A DNA stretch of 63,971 nt, the filler included, from Basidiobolus ranarum (lineage: Eukaryota), in assembly GCA_040143965.1 (NCBI GenBank). It is 3 parts of 3 records of this genome, joined end to end, with 100 filler letters (N's around TTAATTAATTAA, not from the genome) between each part and the next. Parts side by side here need not be neighbours in the genome. Positions count along the whole stretch, not along the records: positions 23,277 to 46,410 come from JASJQH010007048.1; positions 46,511 to 63,971 come from JASJQH010007179.1; 1 more part is not named here. The stretch is one strand, 5' to 3'. Within the stretch, counting starts at the first letter, position 1; each line of letters starts with the position of its first letter. Both the position numbers and the translations under genes were made by a program. The notes beneath the pieces are model-generated. The model searched no databases. It had not been told where the DNA came from and was given only the letters and a program-made list of their open reading frames with translations. Shown one piece after another: positions 36,401-50,800 of the stretch.

Positions 36401-39400
36401 AAATGCTTTTGAATACGCAAGACATCCTTGCTGTTACCAATGATTTCAAGAAGATCTTCATCACCCACGAAGTAGAAACGAGGGAAGGATGATCTTTCAC
36501 GCTCAAGATATTCACCAAGGGCTTTTTGAATTTTGCCAAGTAAATCAGCCAAGCGTTCAAGAGATTTTTGAATGTTTTGAATATTGAGAACATCAAGTAC
36601 AAAGGGGGATTTGTACACCTTCTTCATGACGGTTAAAAATTCGGAATTGATGTTTTGGAAACGAGAAGATTCAATTGGCAAAAGATGCTTGATGTCTACA
36701 CTGCCGGTGAAAATCCCTTCCAGGTATACCCATTGTCGTTGAACATCAATCCAAACATCGAACAATACATGAACACGATTCAACTTCTCTTCCCAACCAG
36801 AAGCCTCCTCTTCAAAGACCTTGTAATAAGGTGAAAGCTTCATGGCCGTTAGTGAATTTAAATGCTCGCTACATTTACCAAAGAGGTCATCCCAACCCTT
36901 GATAAGGCGGCACTTATTTTGATAGTTGACGAGTTCTAACACGTAGTTGGTCCAGGTCTCTCTCACTTGCTTCAAGAATTCTTCAAGAGCCATTTCTCCC
37001 TGAGCAACGGTGATAACCTCTCTTACAACTTGCTCATTCTTGCGAAGATCCAAATCCCAGAGATTACCAATAGTCATTTCAGAAAGACCGAGACGTCCCT
37101 CAACACGAAGAAGCTTGAAAAGCTGCTTCCAATGTCTTTCGCGGAGAGCTTCAGATTTCAAATCACCAAGAAGTGGATTAACCTTCAAATACTGTTTTAA
37201 TGTTTCTTGAATAAACTCAAAAGCAGCATACTGGCGCATACGATTGGGCATCTCCTTGGTAGAATTTAATAGTCCATCCAATTGTTGGCGAATCTTTCGG
37301 GGGACAACCAAAGTCCAAACGGTATCTTTGATCTCATAAATTGATTGCCAGACCTTAGAAAGAGCAGACCAGACGGACTTGAGGTCTCTTAACTCTTCGA
37401 GAACAGGATCGAGGCGATCATCAGTGGTGAGATCCAAATCAAGCGCTTCCTTAGCTCGGCAAACTTGATCATACTCTTCTTTAACTCTGGTAACACGACC
37501 TTCAAAGATATTAAGGGTATTGGTGGCAATGTCAGGCTTAATATCGCCTTGAACAGGCTTATTTTTCTCCCATTCTCCAACTATATCTCTGATCTTTTGT
37601 TCAACAACCTTATCTTCTGCAACAATCTTCATTTGAAGACCAGCAATTTGCTCTTGGATAGCATTGTTCTTTCGGGTGAGGATTTCATTGAAAGCACTCC
37701 ATTCACCTTCTATTTGATCCACGTACAGCCATTCACTAGGAAATTGATATCTCTGGCGTTCAAGAGTCTTTTGGCCTTGACGATAAAGTTCAACATCCTT
37801 GTTCCATTTGTTGACCTTACGCTTAAGATCTTGAATAAAGGTGATGAACGTAACAGTTTCACTGGTGGTATTCGAATCAATGGAATGTTGTTCCAAATCG
37901 TAGCGAGCTTTTGAAACGGCAGTATGGAAGTCACGCATACTCCCTCCAAGCATACTACCGAATTTGTTGAGAATTTCACGTTGCCAAGAATCATATTTAG
38001 CATTAACCTTGCTTTGGACCTGCTCGTAATCGATGATTAAAGGTCCGAAAGACTTGTCGGTTTCTGAGTTATCAAAGGTATTTCTAGCCTTTTTGATCTC
38101 AAGAAGAATTTGTTGCCATTTGTTCAGATCTTCACCTAGTTTAGAGTAAACATAGCCTGACTCCAAATCCCAAAGTGATTGGTACTGCAACCAGATATTG
38201 ACGTAGTCGTTAACCTCCTTCACCTTGTGTTCGATAATTTCGTAAGCTTTGTCGAGGGTATTTTCAGTAAGCTTGGTCAAAAGATTAGTGTAAGTAACGT
38301 CCAATGAAGATTCACTCTTCACGTGGAGACCAATCTCATAGCGAGAACTTTGGATTCTCTTCAAATAACAGATAACTGCAAGCCAATCATGAAGTTGAGT
38401 ATACCAACTGGCACGGGCTTGTTCAAGAGGAGGATCAAGATACATAACTTGATTACGAATACGGATTTCGTGAACCAATATTCTCAAATTTGGTCGAGTT
38501 TTCTCATCTCGAGCCTTAGTGCCATCCTCATCATCGAGGTCCATCCAGCCCTTACGCTTGATCTTCTTGGAAGCAAGTTTGCTAAGTGAATTGGCATTTT
38601 CCTCATCAATCAAGAAGAATTCCTCAATCCACTCCTTAATAGCTTGTTGTAATCTGATGGCCAAAACGCTCTCTACACGAGAATCAAGCTGAGCGACCCA
38701 CTCATCCAAATTGGAATAAGACTCGAGATTTAGTCTGTCGATCAGCTTTTGCATCTTTTCAAGGCAGTCAGTGAATCGCTCGGATTGGTAAGAACAAACT
38801 CGCAACTCCTCAATGGATTGAACGATTTCGTCGTTCACCATAATTAAAGAATCTACTTTGTCTTGGAATACGGATACTATGTTGGCAAATTCACGTACAA
38901 ACATGACATGTCTATTTTCGCGAGCATCCAGGGCAGCTCCAGCGGTATACGTAAGAGGGCGATGATGGGCATCGTAGGTATTTACGAAGTAATCCCAGCG
39001 AAGGTTGATTCCCTTGGTAATCATTACTTGGACGTCGTTGCGATATCCAGCAACTAGAGTGGCGATATCTGGATGCTTGTGGATTTTATTCAACGTTTGT
39101 TGGTAAGTTCTCACGGTTTCCATAAGGCTTACAACAAACGGATAAACTCTTTTGGCATCTTTGGCAATGTTACTAACACTGTGAGGAACTTGAAATCCTT
39201 GCCAAAGAAGATTTCTAACTTCTTTGAATAAGGTGATTACTTGGCTATCAAAGTTTACACCTAATTGTAGGATATTTCCTTGTGCACGAACACGGGCAAT
39301 CTCGAAAATTCTTCCAGATACAGATAGATCGCGCTTGGCAATCTCTGACAACCATGCATCATAGATTTGACGAGTATCAAGCTTCTTACGAAAACTATTG

Positions 39401-41742
39401 CTTTCACTTTGAAGCTTTTGTCCTTCAGCATACAACTCCCAACCTTTACCTAAGACATCCTCTACTCGCTTCATATAGGTAGAAAGTTGACGCTCGATCT
39501 GACGTGCCCAAATGATGGCACCAGAGATAGGTGGCAAGTCTCGAAGGCCACTCATGTGATAAGCTTCCGAATTACGATATTGCATTTTGAATTTATCGTG
39601 AAGCTTTTTGATGTCTTCTTTGACGCTATCGATAAGCTGAGTTTGATACTCTTGAATAGCACCACGAATTTTGGGACGTACAAAGAGTGCATTGAATTTG
39701 GAGAATACACGGAACATCTCATTGGCATTCTTGGCAGTACCGAGTTTGTCGCGGAGACGAGCAATGATTTGGTTCTCTACACGAGACACACGTTCGTTGT
39801 ATGAATTCTCAGCACTAACCCACATCTCTGTTCCTTCGGAAGAAACGTCCAGAACGTCAATGTTCTTCACACTTTCGTAGGCAAGTTTCACCTCCTCTAC
39901 GGAGTTGATGTCGCTGACACTTACACTTTCTTGTGGAGTCATTTCGATAACGCTACCGCTGACAACAATGGGTCTAGTATTAGTCGAAGCACTCATTACA
40001 CGTACGATGGTGTTATGCAATTGTTCATGCTGCTTTCTGAAGTTACGAACAAAGTTCACACGCTCTTGTAATTTAGCATGAGCAGGATTGATCTTAATTG
40101 GCATGAACTTTTCTGCACGTTTGCGAGTTACTTCTCTGGCAACATTGGTAAATTCTTTGATCAAATCATCCCATGTGCGGAATACTTCATCAGCACCATC
40201 GGTGATTTTCTCAAATTCGTCATACTCCATATACATCAGTCTACGACTTCCAAGAACCTTTAATAACTGATCATTAAGATCTCTTGAAATAGCCTCAACA
40301 AAAGGAAGGGCTCGACGGATAGGATATGGTGAAAGCTTCAACTTTTTGTTAAGATGTCCGAAGATAAGGATAAGAGAATCGCGAACTTTTTCCACGTCAG
40401 TGGCAGAAAGTAGCTCATTTAAAGGAAAGTCCTTCATCAATTGATTGTATTTTAAGACCTTCTCTGTTCCCTCCTTCAAGCCGGTATCAGCAATAAAACT
40501 GACGGTGGCGTGAAATCTCTTGGCATTCTTGAGAATTTCCAAAGTCAATACTAGATAAATAACATTTCGAATTAGTATACAGAGCATAATGTTTCTGTAT
40601 TCATGCCTCTATTTACCAATTTGATCGCTTTTGAGTTGCTCTTCTATTTTCTCCAGGGCTCTTTCCATACTAATCCAGAAATTAATTTCTTGAGATGCTG
40701 TTCCGTTACTAGGATCTCTAGAGAGCTTAGTGACTTTCTGGATCTCTTTAATCCATCCATTAACATCGCTTTGAAGACGATTTAGAAATGAGGAATCGGA
40801 GAGAAGACTTGGATCAATGGAATCCACGGTAAACCGTTGTCGCAGTTCACGGCACTAAAAATGAAACCACGCAATTCATTAGTATCAGTAGGTGGGAGAG
40901 CATACTCCATTCTTGTTTTTACCTTTTCCACAGCACGTTGAACAGCTGGGTGTATATTAAGTGAGATCTCAGGAATTTCAACATTTTGTTGCAAATGAAG
41001 TAATGATAATTCCAGTTCGGCAATTTTTTTTTTGGTCATGGGAATACCTTGAAACCAGGTACAAGAATTAGAATAAAATACCAGACACTATAAACATTGA
41101 TAAAATTACCCATTTTACTGTCTTTGTCTTCACGCTTTCCACCGGTGGTTGTAGATCCCTCAGTGGAAGTTTCTTTGGAGCTGACATAAGCATTGAAGAA
41201 TGGACTGACTGCATGATGAATGTATGCATGGAGAGCTTCGTAAGGAGTGGCAGCACCGGTAGTGTTATCGGTAGAGGCAGGTCCAGGAAGATTGATGAGT
41301 TGAAGTTGGTTTTGCAATGGACGAAGTGAGTCCAAAGTGGCAGAACGTTTGATTAAGGCCAGAGAGGCAACATGATTAGGTAAATAGGTAAGCTCGGGTG
41401 ATAGAGAATATGTATAACTAAAACTGGAGTGATCATCAACTATGAATATATCGTTAGCATACTGGTGAATACAAATAATATACATATGAAACAGGTACCA
41501 TCATCCTTGCTAGCTTCACGTTCTTTTAATACATAAAGTACAGAGTTTTGAGGGTCGTTAGCAAAGCGACGACATTTCTCGATCGAATCAGGATAAGAAA
41601 AGAGTGAGCTCTCGATATCTCCAGTGTCAGCAGCAAGTACCAGGGGCAAGAGCGCCTCTAGGTATTCTTTGAAAATATTTGGGTCAAAGCTCTGAGTGAG
41701 GGATTCGATAGGAGTAGTTACTCCTTGCGTATCATCCTCCAT
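27460..41742 (-). CDS. DYN1: Cytoplasmic dynein 1 heavy chain; several short 5' exons and one ~13-kb final exon
   Basis: Four P-loops ([32 protein letters not shown]), a stalk coiled coil, and N-terminal tail exons (MEDDTQG..., [37 protein letters not shown]). A probable 5'-UTR intron lies at 41829-41756. Confidence 0.98.
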
Positions 41743-42296
41743 TGTGACTAAATATCTAAGGATTTCGGTTAGAAGGTATGTTATGATAAAGTGAAAGTAC
41801 AAGCTATCTTGATGTACACTGAGATTTACCTTCTCACTAGCTTTTAATTATTTAGTAGGATTTATAAAAGTTAAATTAAAAAAATGAATGGTGAACTGGG
41901 AGAGTGTTGGCTTATGCTTGATGACAAGACAAGTCAAGTCAGGTCAAACCAACCTTGATTGCGTTTTTAATATTTAATCTGTGATGTCCAATACACCGCA
42001 GGCCTACAGTTAGATCCCCTCCTCATCAAGGGGCTGGCTCAGTACCACCCGAACTGATCCCAATGCAATGATCCTAGTTTAACAATCAAAACAAACATCT
42101 TAACTTCCATTGATTTGGCTATCTAATGTTCAGTAATTTCGTAACTTGAAGTAATTGGTTAAAATAAAATTACAAGATCATGCTACTATGGCATTGAGAT
42201 ATAGATCACGTGACACAAAAGACATTAAATGCTCAATCAGAATGTAGAATTTATTGTTGGCAGCATAGATGCACAAGCTTAGGAATAAAAATGAGC

Positions 42297-44598
42297 TCAT
42301 CTAGCTCTTTCCAAAAGGCAATATTCTCCCCATTGATTTGATGTTTCATCTAATCCTGGGATATAAAAGGCACGAGTCAAAGCAGGTGAATTCGCTTGAT
42401 CCAAGAAAGGTTGACAAAAGTATTGACTCCAGTGTTCAGTCTCATTGACATATCGTGGTTCTTCAGCGTTGTTTGGACGAGAAGGGTAATCTACGTCAAT
42501 CAAATAGTCACACCGTCCTATATCAATCTGAATGAAACAAGCTTAGTTCAAAGCCATAGCACGCTCAATGACTAACAGTATCCTTACATATCTATCCATC
42601 TCTTCATGGTTCAGGTCATTCATATGATCTGGAATCATCCGAGTTCCTTCTCTACGGGAGCTCTTACCAGATGGATCTTCATAGAAGTACTTGGGCAATA
42701 GACCTCGGAAGGAGGATCGCACAAACTTGAGTCGGAAGTTATCTGGCAAGAAGTAATGACTAGGAAAACGATACCACTCCTTTCCAACACATACGTTAAC
42801 TTCAGTTCCATTGTGTACCTGGATAGTGTGATTCAGGAACTCGTCTGTGTAGAATTTACTGTATACTTCGAGAGGTGCTTGATAATGAGTGTATAATCCA
42901 ACAACACGAGACATCGATATTATAAGGAATACTGATATCACGGCGCCGATAAAGAATGTCACAATAAAAGAATAGTCCTATAATAAAAGTTAGCATTTAC
43001 TCTCGATATACAAGTGGACACAGACGTACCAGGTTTACACGCTTAGCAAGATATTTGATATAAAGGTTTTCCAGCCATCCTCTGACAATAAATAATCCCA
43101 CAGCCGCATTAAGGCAAATTAATGGGTAGACGACGAACAAGAAACGCTCCTCTTTGTGTGGTTGAACGGTAAAGATAAACAGCCAAAGGTAGAAAGGAGC
43201 CAATCGAGTCATAAATTTGATATAAGGAGAGGGGATTCCTTTAGCACTTTGAGGTTGCGATTTTGGTAAGTCCATCCAGTATGTCAATAGCTGTCAAATT
43301 TTGTGATTTGATTAGAAATCTACAACACTGAATTTGAAGTAAATAAACACGTACCAAGCCAGGCAGACTGATCAGGGCAAAGACAAAAATTATATTGAAG
43401 TTAAGTATTCCGTTCACAAAGTAAAACCACCATGGCTCAGTTCCAAAGATGTTAGGCCCTTTTCCACCACCACTCAATACATTATAAGTAATGATGTTGA
43501 AGGGTACAAATGTCCATTTTTGATAGTAGAAGTAGTCGACGAGGGCAGTGGGAAACTGTAGAATCCAACAGTAAATATCTTGTGATTCAAGTTTGCAGGA
43601 TACAATTAAAGACTTACTAGAAGCGCAAGTCCAGCTAGACTAGCAGCTATCAATCCGAATATGCGCTTCTTCCTCCAATGACTCTTTACGGCAGGACTGT
43701 CACGTACGAGCAACTCCTCAATCACAAAAGGAATGCCCACAGCACCACTAAATGGCCATCCCATGATTGCTCCTAACGCAAACCAAAAGACTGCTTGATA
43801 TGTACGTGAACTGGAAGGGCTTCTTAATGCGTATACGAAAGCGAGCATAGTAGTGTACATGGCGAAAGTAGAAGGAAGATAAGCTAAATACAAGAATAAG
43901 TTTTCGGCCAAATATATAGTATAACCCAAGTTGTTTCATACCGACTGATGCACTATACATCCCAGCACTTCCTAACAGGATCACTAACGTGTATCTTCCA
44001 ATTCTAGGATTAACGTGGTCCACTACCGCACGATAAAAACTAGCTTCACAATAGGAAGAAATGAGAGCAAAACACATGCGCATAAAATAGAAGATTTGCA
44101 TCTAAAGAGGGGGATCAATAAGCTTGAATTGCATGTTCTCATTCACTTATATTATGACCTACCTTCTTCTTCGCAATAATCAGTTCAAAGAACTTCCCTA
44201 CTATCGCGTGAATGCCTATATAGGCCCATGAGCGAATAGCATAGATAGGTGAATACTCCCAAGTTTGTAAACCAGAACCATATTGTAAATAATGCGTGGG
44301 CTCCCAATAATTATAGGTTTCGTCACAGTCGGATATAATCGAAGTGATAGCACCTAGTGCACGCACCATGAAGAAGAGTCTGATGACTACATTGAACGAG
44401 GGTGTATATTCATTTAAAGAAGAGAATAATTCGGCTCTATAAACGATGACGTTAGAGAATGTTGAACTTTTAAGTGAAAACTAAATCATGCTACCTATTC
44501 TGCCGTTGAGGTGTCACAGCCGGAGAAGCAGATGAACTAGCCTCTGATACTTTCTCTGGACTAGCTTTTGGCTTAGAGGCGCGTTTTCTTGGCGCCAT
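42297..44598 (-). CDS. ALG9: Alpha-1,2-mannosyltransferase Alg9 (GT22), multi-exon
   Basis: ISDCDETYNYWEPTHYL, GLQTWEYSPIYAIRSWAY, AYLPSTFAMY, GWPF, FGTEPWWFY, QPHKEERFLFVVYP and VCVGKEWYRFPSHYFLP. Start MAPRKRASK at 44598. Confidence 0.95.
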
Positions 44599-45108
44599 AG
44601 TAATCAAAGTGGTTATCGTCCTATTCAATAGTTCATATTTTTATTCGTCACGCTACCAACAATATCATTGGACTGCAAATCATCAATTTTACAACACAGC
44701 GATATTGTTGATAAAAGGTATTTATCAAAGGTGGCTTATTGTTCAGAGAAGATTTACACTAGCAAGAAAATAGAACATTTATATAAACAATTCTGAGTCG
44801 GGTCTACTTGAAGTACGTTACAAGACAGTTATGTTGGAACAAGGCTACGTTCTCCCCGACAAATGATCATATTAGATTGAATATTTAGTACAGTATTACA
44901 CATAAATTGGATTACTTCTTATTGAAAATTGTTGAAGAAAACATTTATACTACAAGTCAGGAAATAATCGCTGGGTGGATATGTGAGATGGTGAATGTGG
45001 GAATATATTTAAATTTAGCTTCGTGAACAGAATGCTCAACCATGTCATTGTGGAAGTAATAGAAATTGATCGATATCCTTTTTTTACTTGACCTTTAATC
45101 GAATTAGA

Positions 45109-46259
45109 TTAAGCTTTGCCAGCCTTGACCATGGCCTCTTTCATAAGAGTACCAAGCTTAGCGGGTGATCTAGAGACATGAACACCGGCCTTCTCTAAAG
45201 CAGCAATCTTGTCGTTAGCACCGCCCTTACCACCAGCAATGATAGCACCAGCGTGACCCATTCTACGGCCAGGAGGAGCAGTCAAACCAGCGATGAAGGA
45301 GACAACTGGCTTAGGATCAGGTTTGCTGAAGTTATATTGGGTCAAGTAATCAGCGGCCTCCTCTTCGGCAGAGCCACCAATCTCACCAATAAGAATGATA
45401 CCCTCGGTTTCGGGATCATCCAAGAAGACCTTAAGACAATCAATGAAATTGGTACCATTGAAAGGATCACCACCAATACCAACACAAAGGCTTTGACCAA
45501 GACCGACTTGGGTGGTTTGGTTAACAGCCTCGTATGTTAAAGTACCAGAACGGGAGACAATTCCGATCTTGCCCTTCTTATGGATGTGACCGGGCATGAT
45601 ACCAATCTTGCAGGCATCAGGGGCGATGATACCAGGACAATTGGGTCCAATAAGTCTAGTCTTGCTTTGGCTATTCAATGCCTTGACAACTCTAACCATA
45701 TCATGTTGAGGAATACCTTCAGTGATGGCAACAACCAAAGGGATTTCATTCTCAATAGCCTCAAGGATGGCAGCAGCGGCACCAGGAGGAGGAACGTAGA
45801 TTACACTAGCGTCAGGCTTGGCCTCACGAACAGCCTCAGCAACGTTACCGTAAACTGGTAGGCCTAAATGAGTTTGACCAGCTTTTTTAGGAGAAACGCC
45901 ACCAACCATATCGGTACCGTACTCAATAGCCTGAGTAGAGTGGAAGGTTCCCTATTATAACGAATGTTAGTACACATACATATTTTCAAAAGTTTAGTAC
46001 TTACAAATACATACTTGTTTACCGGTGAAACCTTGACAAATGACTCGGGTATTTTTGTTGATTAGCATATTCTTAACAGTGTCTTCATAACTACGAGTAG
46101 TGGTAGAAGAGGAGAAATTACGAACTACAAATAAACAGTGTTAACATTTCGTGGAAGTGGGGAAGTGGAGTTGGAAACAAGAAGAGTCATGGCGACGTAT
46201 AATATCTATTGAAAGCTACCTGAGCGAGCAGTTTGACGAAGTGCGTTGCGGAAGAACAT
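45109..46259 (-). CDS. LSC1: Succinyl-CoA ligase alpha subunit, mitochondrial; 3 exons
   Basis: Presequence [57 protein letters not shown] and phospho-His motif RMGHAGA. Confidence 0.96.
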
Positions 46260-46410
46260 CCTAGAGTTTACAAGACTGGGTAAAGAAATAACTAAAGGGG
46301 AATGTTCTGACAGGTGAAAGTTCAAGTAGCTGTTGCCTTAGAGAAATCTATAAAAAAGAATAGACAGGGATAATCTCTACGACGTACGACGCCACCCATT
46401 CTAATACTCT

Positions 46411-46510
46411 NNNNNNNNNNNNNNNNNNNNNNNNNNNNNNNNNNNNNNNNNNNNTTAATTAATTAANNNNNNNNNNNNNNNNNNNNNNNNNNNNNNNNNN
46501 NNNNNNNNNN
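46411..46510. other. Artificial contig spacer (N44-TTAATTAATTAA-N44)
   Basis: Identical to the spacer at 23177-23276. Confidence 0.97.
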
Positions 46511-46628
46511 TGTTTACATCTTGACAAAACTATAAATGTCAACTTTCTACTCAATAAATCAATAATGAAAACCACCAATTCCTCTAATTCTCCAAACCAC
46601 TTCCAACAGGCTCCCAAATACTTTAACA
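46511..46628 (+). mobile_element. 3' part of a family B LTR
   Basis: ttgacaaaactataaatgtcaa...caataaatcaataa...ccacttccaacaggctcccaaatactttaaCA matches 58810-58928. Confidence 0.85.
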
Positions 46629-46923
46629 TATAGTTCACTCTCTTACTCTAGATATTGTTATTGCTATTGCTACTGTGCCATTGTTTCATGGCAAGTATAA
46701 AGAATTGGAAAGTAAATGAGAAAAAATTGGTTAAAAGGTTAGCAAGAGTGTTTAAGTACAGCAACTAACCATCAAGCCATTGATATGTCATGTGTACATA
46801 TTAAACATCATATATTACATTTGACTGATTACTTGGGTACCACCTATATTTAGCTCTATTACACAAATGGCAGAAATGTTTAGAAAAGATAAAAATACTC
46901 AAACAAGTCCAAGACTCTTCACA

Positions 46924-47805
46924 CCTGGTATTGCTAAGAAGATCAAGGAAAGATGCCCCAATGTTGAGATCGTTGGTGTTGATCCTCTCGGATCTATTCT
47001 GGCTTTACCCGAATACTTGAACGAGAGCGAGGTCACTGGCTATCAAGTCGAGGGTATTGGATATGATTTTATTCCAGATGTCCTTCAGCGTGAGTACATC
47101 GATACCTGGGTCAAGAGTAATGATAAAGATTCCTTTATCATGTCCAGACGTTTGATTAAGGAAGAAGGTCTACTCTGTGGTGGCTCTTCTGGAACTGCTA
47201 TGGCTGCTGCGGTCAAAGTAGCCAAGAAACTCAAGGCTGGGCAACGTTGTGTCGTTATCTTGCCTGATTCTGTTCGTAATTACATGACCAAATTTTTGAA
47301 TGACGATTGGATGAAAATTAATGGCTTTACTGACTCGGTCAGCCAAAAGGAAGAGCGTAAACAAACTGAGAAGTGGGGTGGTGCTACTATCAGGAATTTG
47401 AATCTTCCTGCTGCCGTCACTGCTCAGCCAAGAACCACTTGCCGTGAAGCATTAGGTATCATGGAGGCCAATCACTTTGATCAACTCCCCGTTGTTTCTG
47501 ACACTTCACGAGTTGTTGGTTTGGTTACTATGGGTAACATTCTTTCCAAAGTTGACTCTGGTAAGATCACCGGTGAAGCACCAGTCAGTCAAGTTATGTT
47601 CAAATTCAGTACTGTTGGCAAAGATTTCTTAGAAATTTCAGTCAATACTCCTCTTGCTGAAATGTCTCGTTTCTTTGAAAATAATTCATCCGCCATTGTT
47701 ACTGAGCGTGCATCTGACCTGGAGAAAATCTCAACGGCTGAACTTAAGGTTCTACATGTAGTGACCAAGGTGGACTTGTTGTCCTGGTTAATGAAGCAAT
47801 TGTAA
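46924..47805 (+). pseudogene. CYS4: Cystathionine beta-synthase, C-terminal ~60% only (5' part absent or displaced); C-terminal CBS domain pair intact
   Basis: GIAKKIKERCPNVEIVGVDPLGS, YQVEGIGYDFIP, RRLIKEEGLLCGGSSG, VVILPDSVRNYMTKFLNDDW and FDQLPVV. Homology starts abruptly after repeat-like sequence. The PLP-lysine and GTGGT motifs are missing and no suitable splice acceptor is seen. Confidence 0.8.
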
Positions 47806-50800
47806 ATTTATTATTTTGACACTACCATGGCAAATCATTTTTAAGCGTATATTGGCTTAATCTATTTTGGCAACATATATAAATTCCTTTATTTCTCGCT
47901 GTTTTCAATGAATTCAGAAAATGAATGATCGTAATATTCTAGGATCAAGGATTTGGCATTCAATAGTTATATTCTCACCCTTGGTCGTTATGTTCGTATA
48001 TTAGCCACTTAACGGATTAATCGATAGTTTCTAATAACATTTGTCTCAGATTTAACGTACTTGTGTAAGAATCAAGAAACATCAGTACAATACTTTTCAA
48101 TACCATTAACTTCATATTTTATGACCAGTAAACAGCTCACTCTACAGTTAACCTCATGGGTGCATTAGTTTTAAGGCAGATATTTCTTGAGTAACTGTCA
48201 ATGGTGGATTCCACTCTCAGTAATGTTATGGTAGCTGTGTAGAGTAGTATAAGACTTCTTCCGTTTAGAGTTGAATTTCAAACCTTAGGGACTCTATGTT
48301 AGGTGAATCGCAGATGGAAGACTAATATGGTAACTTGATTGCCTGTTTGTATTTCTGGTTCGATTATTATAGATAGTAGCAGTCAAATTAGCCTTTGGGA
48401 GTATTACCCCGAGTTCTCATAACAAGAGACCATGATGCAAGTGAGGATTTCAAGGTACAACTGCGCTCGCAGCCTCCACGGCCAGTTTTAGGGATCACAA
48501 TACATTGAGCTCTTCAGTTTGTGGATCGCTGCTAAAAAAGACAGCTCTCAGAAGGATCAAGTGATCCTAATATTTGTTAAATGTACTTCTTTGTGATGTT
48601 TATTCACAGCAGAGAAATTTGTATAACCTTGTGACGGTTCGTTTAGAGGTCGTGGACCGTATTCTAGAACAGCGTGGGTATCTTCTATTCATTTGATATA
48701 TTATGTATGTGGAAGTTGACCTGAACACTATGTAACGTACTACCCCTTGTGTAACTAAAAGAATGCTTGTTACGCGAATGGTGTAGGTCACAGGATGTAT
48801 CAAGCGATTTCTCAAAATACCTTCTATGATGGAACTTCTCAGCAACCGGCTAGTGAGAGGAAAGGCATGATGTGGCAATTGTTCATAGGTGAGAAAACTT
48901 GATGTGGCTCTAGATTGAGATGTTTAGAAATTATTGTGTAGGAAGTTAGAGGTGAATTTTATCCTTGAAGCGACACAGTACACAAAGGAGATAAAGAAAG
49001 TGTGGATGTGGAAGATCCACAAGAAATCCATCTAAAAATGGCACAGCATGAATAACTATTCCAGATTATAATTATTTGGCTGAATTTTAAGAATTTGTAA
49101 TGAAGTCATACTATTTAGTGTTGGCAAGTGCAGTGTGGTGAGAAGTTTCTATTTAGTAGTACATTTTACAAACTTGCTCTAAGGTTAGCATTTTTGTGAA
49201 AACTTATATCAAGTTCCACTGGTCTAGGGTTACCATAACCAATACAGTCATGCTTGAAATGCAGTAGTGACATTTGGTTTCCAAGGTGAATGATTTGGTA
49301 TATTCGGTTTACTATGACATATCAACATGAATATTCTTGATGATTTTAATAAAAGTAATACCATATTTTTATCTAAAGAATGCCTAATACTGGAGAAGGA
49401 TACCCACTCATGGCACTCAATATTTTACTTCATAGCAATCAATATTCATGAGGGATATTATCATTAATAATGGAGAAAGGCAAAAATCGTCTAGAGAATG
49501 ACTTGTTGACTGTGATGATCATAAAAGAAGTTATGCCTTGTGATAGCCAAAATTTCTTACCAACTTGACTCTCTACATCGAAATACCATCAATGTGACAA
49601 ACATACCCGGATATAGGCCCAAAATATCAGATTTTCAACTCCAAATTTCAAAGATATAATATTTGCTTTACTTGAAGAGCATTGCACTTGTCAGTGTAGA
49701 TTATATTGCTACTAATTTCCATTTATCATCACCTTGTTTGGAACTAGATTTATATAATTTCTTTCTAAGTAACTTTTCATCATCGGTTTTTTTACCTATT
49801 CCTTATATCTGTTTTTCGTTCATTACTTTGCAGTGACCACATTGATTGATTTTTGCAAAGTTGTATTGAGCAATGCTATCTCTTATATAGCAATTTCTGA
49901 TAACCGTATTTTGATTGAAATTGCTTAGCCTGTGAGCATCAGTTGCTAGCTTCATGGTATATTCACTTTGTGCTTCTGAAAGGTTATCCATATCTTGACC
50001 ACATATTAACAGTAGCTTAGACCGAGAGCATATATAACCATTTGCTACTTCACATGTGTATAGTCTTTGCTTCAAAAGATGTGATTCCTTGTTTGGACTT
50101 AGCACTATCTTGGATAGCATACTGCAAGGGTAAAGAAATGTACATTAATTTGCTTGGGGAAAGCTGATTTCTCACATATTGAGTACAGAAGTTATATCAT
50201 TGCAACATATTTGCAAGTAACAAAGATCTATCAGAGCTGTGAGGCTGTCTAGAGTCTAAAGATTAAGCTTCAAAACCAGAAAAATGCCCTGGTGTATTGT
50301 TTTTCAACTGAGTCGCTTAGGGTAGTTTTTAATTATTTGAAAGTCAAATTTGTATTAATTCCATATAATCGAGTGCATCTGGATCAAGCACCAACTAGGT
50401 AAGAGCAGGGCGAGGAATTTTGGAGCTTATCGCTATGCGGAACTTAAAACAAGTTCGCATGCTAAAAAATAGAGGTTCGAAGATGATCCGGTAGATTAAC
50501 AAGCGTGACATAAGCGGGAATCATTCTAGTCATTTTTATAGAATCTCAAAGTTTGCGCGGAAATTCACTTTTAGTCAGTTCTCAATACAATCCATTCTGT
50601 TGGAAATAAAGAAACTTGAAGCTTAGACATTGGTTCAATCTATGTGCTATCTGGTGTGAACATCTGATAAATAGTACATCAACTACATCACTCAAAACGA
50701 GCACCTTCACTGCATTTATGTAATACGCAGTTTTGACCTCGATGTTTTTTAATAACAAAGTTAAGTTCCCAAGTAATAACTTGAACCATTGGCGTAAGTA

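Noticed and set aside
27756..40270. Numerous short antisense or alternate-frame ORFs within dynein (likewise within CHS3 and LSC1)
   Set aside because: They are shadow ORFs of long coding regions and show no motifs.
46521..46542. TTGACA...TATAAA resembling a bacterial sigma-70 promoter
   Set aside because: The spacing is wrong and it lies inside a fungal LTR.
49803..50120. 105-aa ORF in the gene-poor region
   Set aside because: No recognisable domain, codon pattern or exon structure, so it was not called as a gene.
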